Of a stretch of 44,208 nucleotides of DNA, positions 18,011 to 27,101 are shown piece after piece. This DNA comes from Candidatus Methylacidiphilales bacterium (GTDB taxonomy: Bacteria > Bacteroidota > Bacteroidia > UKL13-3): assembly GCA_041730515.1 (NCBI GenBank), contig JBGSBN010000001.1:1-44208 (forward strand), written 5' to 3'. Position 1 is the first letter of the stretch, and every line of letters begins with the position of its first letter. Made by a program: the position numbers and the translations under genes. Below the pieces are notes generated by a model. It did no database searches. It was not told where the DNA came from and was given only the letters and a program-made list of their open reading frames with translations.

Positions 18011-20518
18011 ATGCAAAAAATCTTTTGTTTTTTATTGTTAGTTTTTGCAGCAACCGCCTCGGTTAATGCCCAAAATGAAAAAGCAACAATTAGTGGTGTA
18101 GTTAAAGATAGTATGGGCCAATTGGCCGATGGCGTTACTGTTACAGTAATTGGTCAAAATAATTCAGTGGTAACCAATGAAAACGGTTTTTATAAAATAG
18201 CAGTTGAAAATAATAAACCCATTCAGTTAATTTTTATTTATTTTGGACAAAAAGGGCAAATTTTTGATGTGCCAGCCTTACCAGCCAAGGCAAAATATGA
18301 GTTAAGTCCAAAGCTAAATATAGGTGTAACGCTTACTGCCGTGGTTATTAAAGATGACCGTTACCGAGAATTTGCCAGCACCACCACTTTAGATCCAAGG
18401 CAGCTCACGGTTAATCCTGCACCAATGCCAGGAGTGGAGCAAATTTTGAAAACACTACCCGGTGTATCGTCTAACAATGAATTAAGCGCTCAGTACAATG
18501 TACGTGGAGGTAATTTTGACGAAAATTTGGTATATGTAAATGATATTGAAATATATAGGCCATTTTTACCACGAAGTGGTCAGCAGGAAGGCTTAAGTTT
18601 TATTCATTCTGATTTGGTAAAAAGTATTAAATTTAGTGCAGGTGGATTTGAAGCCAAATATGGCGACAAAATGAGTTCTGTATTAGATATTAAATATAAG
18701 ACTCCTAAAAAAACAGTATCATCTGTTAATATGGGCTTGCTTGGCGTTCAGGCTGCTACCGAAGGTGCTTCAAAAAACTTGCGTTTTACTTATTTAATTG
18801 GTGCCCGTTATTGGAGTAATAAATATGTGGTTTCTACCTTAGATACCAAAGGCGATTACCAACCTTCGTTTACCGATGTGCAATCACTTTTAACATATCA
18901 CTTTAGGTCTGATTTAAGCTTAAGTGTGTTAGGAAGTTATGCGCAAAACAGGTATTTTTTAGTGCCTACCGATAGGCAAACTACTTTTGGAACGGTAAAA
19001 CAAGCATTGCAATTAAATGTATATTTTGGTGGTGCCGATTTAATGGAATACAGAACAGCAACAGGCGCTGCAAGTTTGGTTTATAATCCTACCCGAAAAC
19101 TACAATTAAAATTAATTGGTTCTACATTTTACAGCAACGAAAATGAAATTTTTACCATTGAAGGTGCATATAGATTAAGCGAATTAGAAACCGACCAAAG
19201 CAGCAGTAATTTTGGAAGGGCAAAATCGCTTCGTGGGATTGGATATTTTATAAATAATGCACGGAATAGTGTAGAAGCCACAGTGGTGAATATTGGGCAT
19301 AGAGGAAGTTTTGATAAAGGAAAGCACAATATTCAGTGGGGCGCATTTGTGCAAACCGAAAATATAAACGATAGGTTAAAAGAGTGGAATTATAGAGATA
19401 GCGCAGGTTTTGCTCAGCCAACTTTGGATGCCAATGGCAATATTATTTTACCCGATTATTTAAGAACCCAACTAAGCTTAAATACTTTTAGGCTAAATGG
19501 TTATGTGCAAAATACCACGGTTGTTAATAGAAATAGCAATATGGTTTTTACTTATGGTGTGCGCAGCAATTGGTGGAGTTATACCAACGAAAATGTAATC
19601 AGTCCAAGGTTTCAATTTACTTTCGAACCTAATAGAAAACACAATAAATTGGTTTTTGATAATAGCAAAAACGATAGTAATTGGGCAAAAAAAATGCGTA
19701 AAAATTGGGTTATTAAAGCCTCATATGGTTGGTATTATCAAACGCCATTTTACCGCGAGTTGCGCAATTTTCAAGGAGCGTTAAATTCAAATATTAAATC
19801 GCAAAAATCAATTCATTATGTATTGGGTGCTGAAATGAATTTTACCGCTTGGAACAGACCTTTTAAATTTACTGCTGAAGCCTATTACAAAGATTTAAGT
19901 AACCTAATTCCATACGAAATTGACAATGTCCGTATCCGTTATTTTGCCGATAATACCTCAAAGGGTTATGCCACAGGTATTGATTTTAGGGTTAATGGAG
20001 AATTTGTAAGAGGTACTGAAAGTTGGGCTAGTTTAAGTTTAATGGATACCAAAGAAATAATCAGTAATCAATTTAATACCTTAGGCGTTAAAGAGACTGA
20101 AAAATTTATTCCACGATTAACCAATCAAGCATTTCAGTTTGCTATTTTCTTTCAAGATTATTTGCCAAGCAATGATAAATACAAAGTTAACCTGATGTTA
20201 GTTTATGGTAGCGGATTTCCGTTTGGCATTCCCGATAGAAACAGGTATAACGATTTAAACTCCATGCCAAGTTATCGCAGGGTAGATATAGGTTTTACCA
20301 AAGATTTAATTCCAGAAAGACTAAAAGCTTCGCAACGTAATTCTTTCTTAAAACGACATATAAAATATGCTAATTTAGCCTTGGATGTGTTTAACTTATT
20401 GGGGGTTGATAATACCATAAGTTACACTTGGCTGCAAGATGCCGCCGCACAAACTTGGGCTGTGCCTAATTATTTAACTAGCCGCAGGTTAAATTTAAGG
20501 CTACAAATAAAATTTTAG
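18011..20518 (+). CDS. TonB-dependent outer-membrane receptor with N-terminal carboxypeptidase-regulatory-like domain
   Basis: Signal peptide, then ISGVVKDSMGQ..GVTVTV, then a plug region (LKTLPGVSS...VRGGNFDENLVYVNDIEIY). The remainder is a long beta-barrel ending in Phe. Confidence 0.8.
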   Translation: MQKIFCFLLLVFAATASVNAQNEKATISGVVKDSMGQLADGVTVTVIGQNNSVVTNENGFYKIAVENNKPIQLIFIYFGQKGQIFDVPALPAKAKYELSPKLNIGVTLTAVVIKDDRYREFASTTTLDPRQLTVNPAPMPGVEQILKTLPGVSSNNELSAQYNVRGGNFDENLVYVNDIEIYRPFLPRSGQQEGLSFIHSDLVKSIKFSAGGFEAKYGDKMSSVLDIKYKTPKKTVSSVNMGLLGVQAATEGASKNLRFTYLIGARYWSNKYVVSTLDTKGDYQPSFTDVQSLLTYHFRSDLSLSVLGSYAQNRYFLVPTDRQTTFGTVKQALQLNVYFGGADLMEYRTATGAASLVYNPTRKLQLKLIGSTFYSNENEIFTIEGAYRLSELETDQSSSNFGRAKSLRGIGYFINNARNSVEATVVNIGHRGSFDKGKHNIQWGAFVQTENINDRLKEWNYRDSAGFAQPTLDANGNIILPDYLRTQLSLNTFRLNGYVQNTTVVNRNSNMVFTYGVRSNWWSYTNENVISPRFQFTFEPNRKHNKLVFDNSKNDSNWAKKMRKNWVIKASYGWYYQTPFYRELRNFQGALNSNIKSQKSIHYVLGAEMNFTAWNRPFKFTAEAYYKDLSNLIPYEIDNVRIRYFADNTSKGYATGIDFRVNGEFVRGTESWASLSLMDTKEIISNQFNTLGVKETEKFIPRLTNQAFQFAIFFQDYLPSNDKYKVNLMLVYGSGFPFGIPDRNRYNDLNSMPSYRRVDIGFTKDLIPERLKASQRNSFLKRHIKYANLALDVFNLLGVDNTISYTWLQDAAAQTWAVPNYLTSRRLNLRLQIKF

Positions 20519-20569
20519 GCCAAGGGTTTATCAAATGCCATAAACCAATAGGTTATTATTTCTATTCAT

Positions 20570-21472
20570 TTATATCCAACCCTTCCTGCTAAACCATTGG
20601 TAAATAATAATGGTAAGCAAAAGCATAAAAATTAAAACACCCGGATAGCCATAATGGTGAGTTAATTCTGGCATAAACTGAAAATTCATACCATAAATTC
20701 CAACTATAAAAGTTAAAGGTAAAAAGAAAGCCGAAAATACAGTTAACACGCGCATAACCTCATTGGTTTTTTGGCTCGAAAGCGAAATATAAATGTTTAA
20801 TAAACTCTGACTACTATCGTAAATTTCTTCTGTAATGGTTTCCACTCTTACATAAGTATCTTTTAAATCTTCGTAAATGGTATTGCGTTTATGGGCATTT
20901 CCTAATTGTTCAATAACGGCTTTAGTCAGGGTAAATAATCGCTTTTTTACATAAATTTTTCGTTTAATTAAGTAAAGGTTTTTAAGCAAATCAGGTATTT
21001 TATTTTTTAAAAATATACGCGTTTCGTATGAATCAATCTCTACATCGAGGGCAGCTAATGGATTTTCAAAACTTTGTAAGGTGTCCTTAATTATTTTACA
21101 AATGATATCAAATGGACTTTTACAAATAGTTCCATGGGCATATTTATTGGCCACGCCATTAATAACTACCGAGTCGTGCCTGTGAATGGTTAATAAAAAA
21201 TCTTTTCCCCAAAAAATAGCAATTTTACGGGTTAATTTTTGAAAGCTATCTGCAGCAATATCACATTGATTATCGTAGTTTCGAATGATCATAAAATGCT
21301 CATTTTCTAATTGCTCAAACTTTGGTAAATGGCCGGGATCTAGGCAATCTTTAATAGCTGTTTCTGGTAAACTATATTTAATAGCCAATTCCTTAAGCTC
21401 AAGTTCGGTTGGCTGATTGATGTCTATCCATCTAAAAGAATGTTCGGGGGCTTCCCTAAGTATTTTTATCAT
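20570..21472 (-). CDS. corA: CorA-family magnesium/cobalt transporter
   Basis: YGMNF signature plus two C-terminal TM helices. I prefer the ATG at 21472 (MIKILREAP...) over the TTG at 21505. Confidence 0.85.
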   Translation of the reverse strand: MIKILREAPEHSFRWIDINQPTELELKELAIKYSLPETAIKDCLDPGHLPKFEQLENEHFMIIRNYDNQCDIAADSFQKLTRKIAIFWGKDFLLTIHRHDSVVINGVANKYAHGTICKSPFDIICKIIKDTLQSFENPLAALDVEIDSYETRIFLKNKIPDLLKNLYLIKRKIYVKKRLFTLTKAVIEQLGNAHKRNTIYEDLKDTYVRVETITEEIYDSSQSLLNIYISLSSQKTNEVMRVLTVFSAFFLPLTFIVGIYGMNFQFMPELTHHYGYPGVLIFMLLLTIIIYQWFSRKGWI

Positions 21473-21592
21473 GCTATTTACAAAGTATAAAAATAATATT
21501 TTCAATTACAGATAAATATTTTTTTACGCACTTATGGTTTTTTAAATTCAGTATTTTAGAATAAATTTATTGCACTGATTAATAGTGCGTTG

Positions 21593-21600
21593 CAAATTTA
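21593..21600 (-). promoter_or_regulatory. -7 motif TAnnTTTG (TAaaTTTG on the minus strand)
   Basis: The reverse complement of caaattta is taaatttg. If used, it gives corA a leader of roughly 115 nt. Confidence 0.35.
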
Positions 21601-21703
21601 TGTAAATCTTTTCAAACTATTTCTCAACTTAGGGTGTTTTGTAACTTGAGTGAGTAAATTTTTTCATAATTAATGAAAAATCCTATTGATACCAATGGAC
21701 AAT

Positions 21704-21728
21704 AAGCCGGGGGAGCCCGGCTTTTTTG
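21704..21728 (+). terminator. Orphan GC-rich intrinsic terminator
   Basis: Stem agccggg/cccggct with loop ggag, followed by TTTTTTG. No annotated plus-strand gene lies upstream of it. Confidence 0.6.
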
Positions 21729-21792
21729 TTTCAGTCAATCAGTTATTTTTTATTTTTTATCATTTAAAATCATAGTTTATCCTATTTTTGTA

Positions 21793-22704
21793 TTGAAAAA
21801 TAAGAAATTGATAAACTACCTAAAGCATACCGATATAGATAAAAACAAGTGGAACCGTTGTGTTTCTAACGCTAGTAATACCATCATTTATGCCTATGCT
21901 TGGTATTTAGATATAGTAAGCCATAATTGGGATGCTTTGGTGCTAAACGATTATGAGGCGGTGATGCCCTTAACACATCGAAAAAAGTATTTTTTATCTT
22001 ATTTGTTCCAACCATTTTTTACTCAACAATTAGGCGTTTTTTCAAAAGCAGAATCTCAAGCCTTGTTGGTTCAAGAGTTTTTAAATGCTATTCCTACTAA
22101 GTTTAAATTAATCGACATCAATTTAAATGAGGACAATAGCACTGAAGGTTTAAAAATCAAGAAGAATTATATATTGCCAATTAACGAAAGCTATAAGGAT
22201 ATTTACGCAGGTTTTAAAGGACAAACAAAACGTAGTATAAAAAAGGCAAAGGAACATGGTGCTTACATGCAAGCAATGCCATATAATCAAGTGATAGATT
22301 TTTACCAAAAACACAAAGGCAAGGAAACCAAAGGAGTAAAGCTTAATGACTATCGAACCTTAAAACAGCTTTATAAAATTTGTAACAAACAAAGTAATTT
22401 AATTTCTGTTGGAGTATTTAGTAGTCAATTTGGTTTGGTGGCTTCTGCTGCTTTTTTAATCAATGCCGATAGAGTTATTTATCACTTAGGAAGCTCCAAC
22501 GAGAAGGGTCAAAAAATGGGTGCCATGCGGTTTTTAATTAGTTCGATAATTGCCCAACTTGCTGGTAAAAACTATTTTATTGATTTTGAAGGGTCAGAAA
22601 TTGATGGAATTGAAAATTTTTATAAATCGTTTGGTGCGTTAAAAAAGCCATATTTTAAATATAGGAAAAATAATTTACCAAAATTTTTGGCTTGGATAAA
22701 ATAA
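21793..22704 (+). CDS. FemAB/GNAT-like (acyl-CoA N-acyltransferase fold) protein; function and exact start uncertain
   Basis: 303 aa. Its size and pattern resemble Bacteroidota FemAB-like or BioF2-like acetyltransferase-domain proteins. It has a TTG start, and a TAttTTTG motif at 21783-21790 sits immediately upstream, so the true start may be a few codons downstream. Confidence 0.45.
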   Translation: MKNKKLINYLKHTDIDKNKWNRCVSNASNTIIYAYAWYLDIVSHNWDALVLNDYEAVMPLTHRKKYFLSYLFQPFFTQQLGVFSKAESQALLVQEFLNAIPTKFKLIDINLNEDNSTEGLKIKKNYILPINESYKDIYAGFKGQTKRSIKKAKEHGAYMQAMPYNQVIDFYQKHKGKETKGVKLNDYRTLKQLYKICNKQSNLISVGVFSSQFGLVASAAFLINADRVIYHLGSSNEKGQKMGAMRFLISSIIAQLAGKNYFIDFEGSEIDGIENFYKSFGALKKPYFKYRKNNLPKFLAWIK

Positions 22705-23168
22705 TGAAATTAAAGTATTTATATATTAGTGTGGTATTTATTTTGTTTGGTTCATGCGAAAAAGACAAAAGCGCTTCACAGAATAATGATTTTTTTCCAC
22801 CCGTTAATTTCGATATCAATATCAACTTATTGTTTCCCGATGCTGCACCATTGCAAAACACTGGTGGTTTTATTTATAGAGATGGGCAAGCAGTAGGCTA
22901 TAAAGGCATTGTTATTTACAATAATTTTGATGAATTTTTAGCTTTCGATAGGGCATGTCCTTATAAAGTTGATAGTGCTTGCAGTCGAATTTTTATGGCC
23001 GATAATAATTCAAAATTTCAATGTGGAAGTGGCAACAGTCGTTGCTGCGCAAGTGAGTTTTTTTTAAGCACAGGAACACCAAGCAAAGGTCCTGCCGACA
23101 GGCCACTACGCCAATATTTTGTTACTAGGAATGGAAATTATTTGCGTGTTACTAGCTATCCACAATAA
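22704..23168 (+). CDS. Lipoprotein with degenerate Rieske-like domain
   Basis: Lipobox FILFGSC. The C-terminal half resembles the Rieske fold (AFDRACPY...FQCGSGNSRCCASEF...GPADRPLRQYFV), but both His ligand positions are replaced. The ATG overlaps the upstream stop codon (TAATG). Confidence 0.5.
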   Translation: MKLKYLYISVVFILFGSCEKDKSASQNNDFFPPVNFDININLLFPDAAPLQNTGGFIYRDGQAVGYKGIVIYNNFDEFLAFDRACPYKVDSACSRIFMADNNSKFQCGSGNSRCCASEFFLSTGTPSKGPADRPLRQYFVTRNGNYLRVTSYPQ

Positions 23169-23255
23169 AAAAATCATTTTTATCCACTATGTAGCCATTA
23201 AATGATTTATAACGCTTTGATGAATAACAAAATTGGATGTATTTGGTGGCGGCAT

Positions 23256-23315
23256 AATACCATCTAAGATTTACGACAAACCCATTGGCCTCATTTGTAA
23301 ATCAAAATGGTATTA
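23256..23315. repeat. 60-nt palindromic intergenic repeat, copy A
   Basis: aataccatctaa...ccattggcctcatttgtaaatcaaaatggtatta. The termini aataccat/atggtatt are inverted repeats. The last 34 nt match 37050-37083 at 33 of 34 positions. Confidence 0.75.
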
Positions 23316-23327
23316 GTATTATTGCAC

Positions 23328-24590
23328 ATGCAATTTGAAAACACTTTAAGTTTTGCGCAACATTTAGATGCAAACGATAAACTTGCCCATTTTAAACACC
23401 AATTTCATTTATTAACCAATAACAATAATCACGTAGTTTATCTATGTGGAAATTCATTAGGCTTGCAGCCAAAATCAGTTCGGGCTGCGGTAGAGCAAGA
23501 ATTAAACGATTGGGCAAAATTTGGAGTGGAGGGTCATTTTAATGCAAAAAATCCTTGGTTTGGTTATCACCATTTTTTAACCGAAAATGCTGCAAAGGTA
23601 GTAGGAGCAAAACCGAGTGAAGTGGTTATTATGAATAACCTTACAGTAAACTTGCATTTAATGATGGTAAGTTTTTACCAACCAACTTCCACTAGGTATA
23701 AAATAATTATGGAAGCAGCAGCATTTCCAAGCGATTTATATGCCATGGAAACACAAGTAAAACACCATCATTTAAATCCAGACGAAGCAATTATAGAACT
23801 TAAACCGCGCGAAGGTGAACACACTTTACGAACCGAAGATATTATTGACACAATTAACGCAAACGCTGATAGTTTGGCTTTGGTAATGTTAGGTGGAGTA
23901 AACTATTATACTGGTCAAGCTTTTGATATGAAAGCAATTTCCTCAGCAGCACATGCAGTTGGTGCTTATGCAGGATTTGATTTGGCGCATGCCGCTGGCA
24001 ATTTGCATTTGCAATTGCACGATTGGGATGTGGACTTTGCGGTTTGGTGTACTTATAAATATTTGAATAGCGGCCCTGGAGGAACTAGTGGAGTTTTTGT
24101 TCACGAAAGACATGAAAACTCAGAAATTAACCGTTTTGCTGGTTGGTGGGGACACGATGAAGGCGAACGTTTTCAAATGAAAAAAGGCTTTAAAGCCATT
24201 CCGGGTGCGCAAGGCTGGCAATTAAGTAATGCGCAAATATTTCCAATGGCCATTCATAAAGCATCGTTAGAAATGTTTGCCGAAGCTGGAATAGAAAACT
24301 TGAGGGCCAAAAGTGAATTGTTAACTGGTTATTTGGAATATATTTTAAATAATTTCACAGAACATTTAACAGTAATTACTCCAAAAAATAAAGATGAAAG
24401 AGGTTGTCAGCTTTCTATTATTGTGAAAGAAAATGGAAAGAAACTTTTTGATTATTTAGAAAGCGAAAACATAATGCCCGATTGGCGTGAACCTGACGTA
24501 ATTCGCATGAGTCCAGTACCTATGTATAATTCTTTTGAAGATGTATTTTTAATTGGCGAGGCACTAAAAAAATATTTTAAAAACGGATAG
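23328..24590 (+). CDS. kynU: Kynureninase
   Basis: Motifs VYLCGNSLGLQPK, WAKFGVEGHF, DLAHAAGN, the PLP-lysine region CTYKYLNSGPGG, GWWGH and DWREPDVIRMSP. I prefer the ATG at 23328 (MQFENTLSFAQ). Confidence 0.9.
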   Translation: MQFENTLSFAQHLDANDKLAHFKHQFHLLTNNNNHVVYLCGNSLGLQPKSVRAAVEQELNDWAKFGVEGHFNAKNPWFGYHHFLTENAAKVVGAKPSEVVIMNNLTVNLHLMMVSFYQPTSTRYKIIMEAAAFPSDLYAMETQVKHHHLNPDEAIIELKPREGEHTLRTEDIIDTINANADSLALVMLGGVNYYTGQAFDMKAISSAAHAVGAYAGFDLAHAAGNLHLQLHDWDVDFAVWCTYKYLNSGPGGTSGVFVHERHENSEINRFAGWWGHDEGERFQMKKGFKAIPGAQGWQLSNAQIFPMAIHKASLEMFAEAGIENLRAKSELLTGYLEYILNNFTEHLTVITPKNKDERGCQLSIIVKENGKKLFDYLESENIMPDWREPDVIRMSPVPMYNSFEDVFLIGEALKKYFKNG

Positions 24591-24598
24591 TGAATACA

Positions 24599-24658
24599 TT
24601 TCGACTTCGCTCAATGTCCGTGGTCGTTGAGCGAAGTCGAAACAAATTTTGTTTTTTT
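24599..24658 (+). terminator. Terminator with 16-bp perfect GC-rich stem
   Basis: tttcgacttcgctcaa / ttgagcgaagtcgaaa with a 12-nt loop, followed by ttttgttttttt. Confidence 0.75.
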
Positions 24659-24671
24659 GAAAAAGTTATAA

Positions 24672-25091
24672 ATGGTAAAAATAGAAAAAATTATTGACGA
24701 TAATACCCAACAAATAGTTTGGGATATTAGGCACGAAGTTTTTGTAATTGGTCAAAATTGTCCAAAAGAAATAGAATATGAGTTTGAAGAAGAAAGTATT
24801 CATTTTATTGCATACTTTAACAATGAACCTGCCGGAACAGCTAGAATTAGAGAAACTGAAAACGGCTTTAAATTGGAACGATTTGCAGTGTTAGAAAAAT
24901 TTAGAGGCAATGGAATCGGTTCTGCTTTGGTAGCTCATTTATTGAACGAAACCATTCATTTTGGCAAAAAAATATATTTACATGCGCAATTAACCGCAGC
25001 GCCTTTGTATGCCAAACATAACTTTAAACCTGAAGGTGAAAACTTTTGGGAAGCAGATATTGAACATGTAAAAATGGTTTATAGTAAATAA
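24672..25091 (+). CDS. GNAT family N-acetyltransferase
   Basis: 139 aa with the acetyl-CoA binding motif FRGNGIGSALV. Confidence 0.8.
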   Translation: MVKIEKIIDDNTQQIVWDIRHEVFVIGQNCPKEIEYEFEEESIHFIAYFNNEPAGTARIRETENGFKLERFAVLEKFRGNGIGSALVAHLLNETIHFGKKIYLHAQLTAAPLYAKHNFKPEGENFWEADIEHVKMVYSK

Positions 25092-25094
25092 AAA

Positions 25095-25418
25095 ATGGAG
25101 CTTAAAAACGAACTAATTAATCAAATACATTTAATTATTGCCAATTTGAAAGAAAGGGCAATTCGTTCTGTTGATAGTGAACGAGCATTGATGTACTGGC
25201 AAATTGGTAAAGCCATTTTTGAAGAGCAACAGCAAGGAAAAGAAAGAGCAAAATATGGTGAGTTTTTAATAAAGTCATTGTCAAAAGAATTGGTACCTCT
25301 GCTTGGTAGCGGATTTTCTACTAGACAACTTGAACGTTACAGACAGTTTTTTAGAATATTTCCAAATACGTCCGCACTGTGGACGCAATTCAATTGGAGT
25401 CATTATACGGCTTTCTAA
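25095..25418 (+). pseudogene. N-terminal remnant of a YhcG/DUF1016 (PD-(D/E)xK nuclease family) gene
   Basis: MYWQIGKAIFEEQQQGKERAKYGEFLIKSLSKEL...GFSTRQLERYRQFFRIFP...WSHY matches the DUF1016 N-terminal region as I recall it. The ORF stops at 107 aa, and the nuclease part is missing, whereas full-length proteins of this family are about 330-370 aa. Confidence 0.6.
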
Positions 25419-25467
25419 GTATTGATAAATTAAATAAAAGAAAAGTATAAATCTTTTAACAAAAAAC

Positions 25468-26028
25468 ATGAAATACTTAATTGTAGGATTAGGAAATATA
25501 GGTGCAGAATATGCCCAAACCCGTCATAATATTGGGTTTGACATTGCTGAAGCATTGGTAAAAAAACATGCAGGAAATTTTACCGTACAAAAGCATGCGC
25601 AATATGCACAAGTAAGTTTGCGTGGCAGGCAAATGCACGTAATTATGCCCACTACTTACATGAATTTAAGTGGTAAAGCCGTTCGACATTGGATGACAGA
25701 TTTGAATATTCCGATTGAAAATATTTTTATTTTGGTAGATGATTTAGCCATTGATTATGGCAAATTACGTATCAGAGCTAATGGCAGCGATGCAGGTCAT
25801 AATGGACTAAAAAGCATAAACGAATTACTTGGCGCACAAAATTATCCAAGGCTAAGGTTTGGGATTGGAAATAACTTTCCAAAAGGGCGTCAGGTAGATT
25901 ATGTGCTAGGAAAATGGACAACTGATGAAATGAAAGAAATGCCTTTTTTAATTCATAAATCGGTAGATGCCATTGAAAGTTTTGTAATAAAAGGATTGCC
26001 ATTAACCATGAATGAATACAATAAATAA
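25468..26028 (+). CDS. pth: Peptidyl-tRNA hydrolase
   Basis: Motifs LIVGLGNIGAEYAQTRHNIGF, YMNLSG and GHNGLKS. Confidence 0.92.
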   Translation: MKYLIVGLGNIGAEYAQTRHNIGFDIAEALVKKHAGNFTVQKHAQYAQVSLRGRQMHVIMPTTYMNLSGKAVRHWMTDLNIPIENIFILVDDLAIDYGKLRIRANGSDAGHNGLKSINELLGAQNYPRLRFGIGNNFPKGRQVDYVLGKWTTDEMKEMPFLIHKSVDAIESFVIKGLPLTMNEYNK

Positions 26029-27098
26029 TGCGTTTATTTATTAACCATATTGTTTATAAAATTGAATCAATTACTGATTTAGAAAATTTTGATAAAAGCC
26101 TTTTGAACGGTAACGAAAAAAAGGCTTTTTCTTTTCTCCAGAATTGGTTTCAAAACAACGATTTTACCTTCCAAAGTTCGGGAAGTACAGGTGTTCCCAA
26201 GCAATTTACATTTACCAAGCAGGAACTAATTTGGTCGGCAATACAAACCATTAATTACTTAAATTTAAGTCAGACGTCACAACATTTTTTCATTTGTTTA
26301 GACATCAATTTTGTAGCAGGTGCCATGCTTTTGGCAAGGGCAATTTTGTTAAATTCGGCCATCACCATTGTAAACCCAAGTTCCAATCCTTTTAAAGATT
26401 TACCCGATAATCATCCATACACTTTTGCCTCTTTAGTGCCCATGCAATTGCAAAAGATTTTGCAAAATGTGCAACAAAAAAAGGTACTTAATCAGTTTGA
26501 AAATATATTGTTAGGAGGCGCTCCTGCTTCAAACTCACTCATTAAACAATGCACTGGTTTAAAGGTAAATATATGGGCCACTTATGGCATGACAGAAACT
26601 TTAAGTCACATAGCTTTGCGTAATTTAAAAATAGAAACTGCTTTTAAATTATTGCCCAATAATGAAATAGCATTAAGCCAAGAAAACACCTTAAGAATTA
26701 GAAATATCATCACTAAAAACCAATGGTTACAAACCAACGATTTGGCTGAAATCACCAAAGATGGATTTTCTATTTTAGGCAGAGTTGATTTTGTAATAAA
26801 TAGTGGTGGACTGAAGGTAAATGCCTTAAAGGTAGAAGAGGAAATTGCTAACTATTTTACAGCAAAAAGTTTGGCACCATTTCCTTATTTTGTTGGTAGT
26901 TTACCCGATGAATATTTAGGTGAAAAAGTAGTATTATTTGTAGAAAAACAAATAAATGGAGTGATTGATTTTGATGATTTAAAGAGCCATTTGTCTCAAA
27001 ATCTAAGTCCATTTGAAATACCCAAACACATTCAAACGGTAAATCAATTTTATTATACTGAAAGTCAAAAAATTGATCGGTTTAAAAGTAAATTTTAA
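26028..27098 (+). CDS. Short AMP-binding (adenylate-forming) enzyme, o-succinylbenzoate-CoA ligase-like
   Basis: Motifs SSGSTGVPK and TYGMTET. The ~356-aa size is typical of Bacteroidota MenE-like proteins. The ATG overlaps the pth stop codon (TAATG). Confidence 0.6.
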   Translation: MRLFINHIVYKIESITDLENFDKSLLNGNEKKAFSFLQNWFQNNDFTFQSSGSTGVPKQFTFTKQELIWSAIQTINYLNLSQTSQHFFICLDINFVAGAMLLARAILLNSAITIVNPSSNPFKDLPDNHPYTFASLVPMQLQKILQNVQQKKVLNQFENILLGGAPASNSLIKQCTGLKVNIWATYGMTETLSHIALRNLKIETAFKLLPNNEIALSQENTLRIRNIITKNQWLQTNDLAEITKDGFSILGRVDFVINSGGLKVNALKVEEEIANYFTAKSLAPFPYFVGSLPDEYLGEKVVLFVEKQINGVIDFDDLKSHLSQNLSPFEIPKHIQTVNQFYYTESQKIDRFKSKF

Positions 27099-27101
27099 CA
27101 A

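Noticed and set aside
21673-21705. 10-codon ORF (MKNPIDTNGQ) just before the orphan terminator
   Set aside because: It is too short to support as a gene. It is mentioned only as a possible leader peptide under the corresponding finding.
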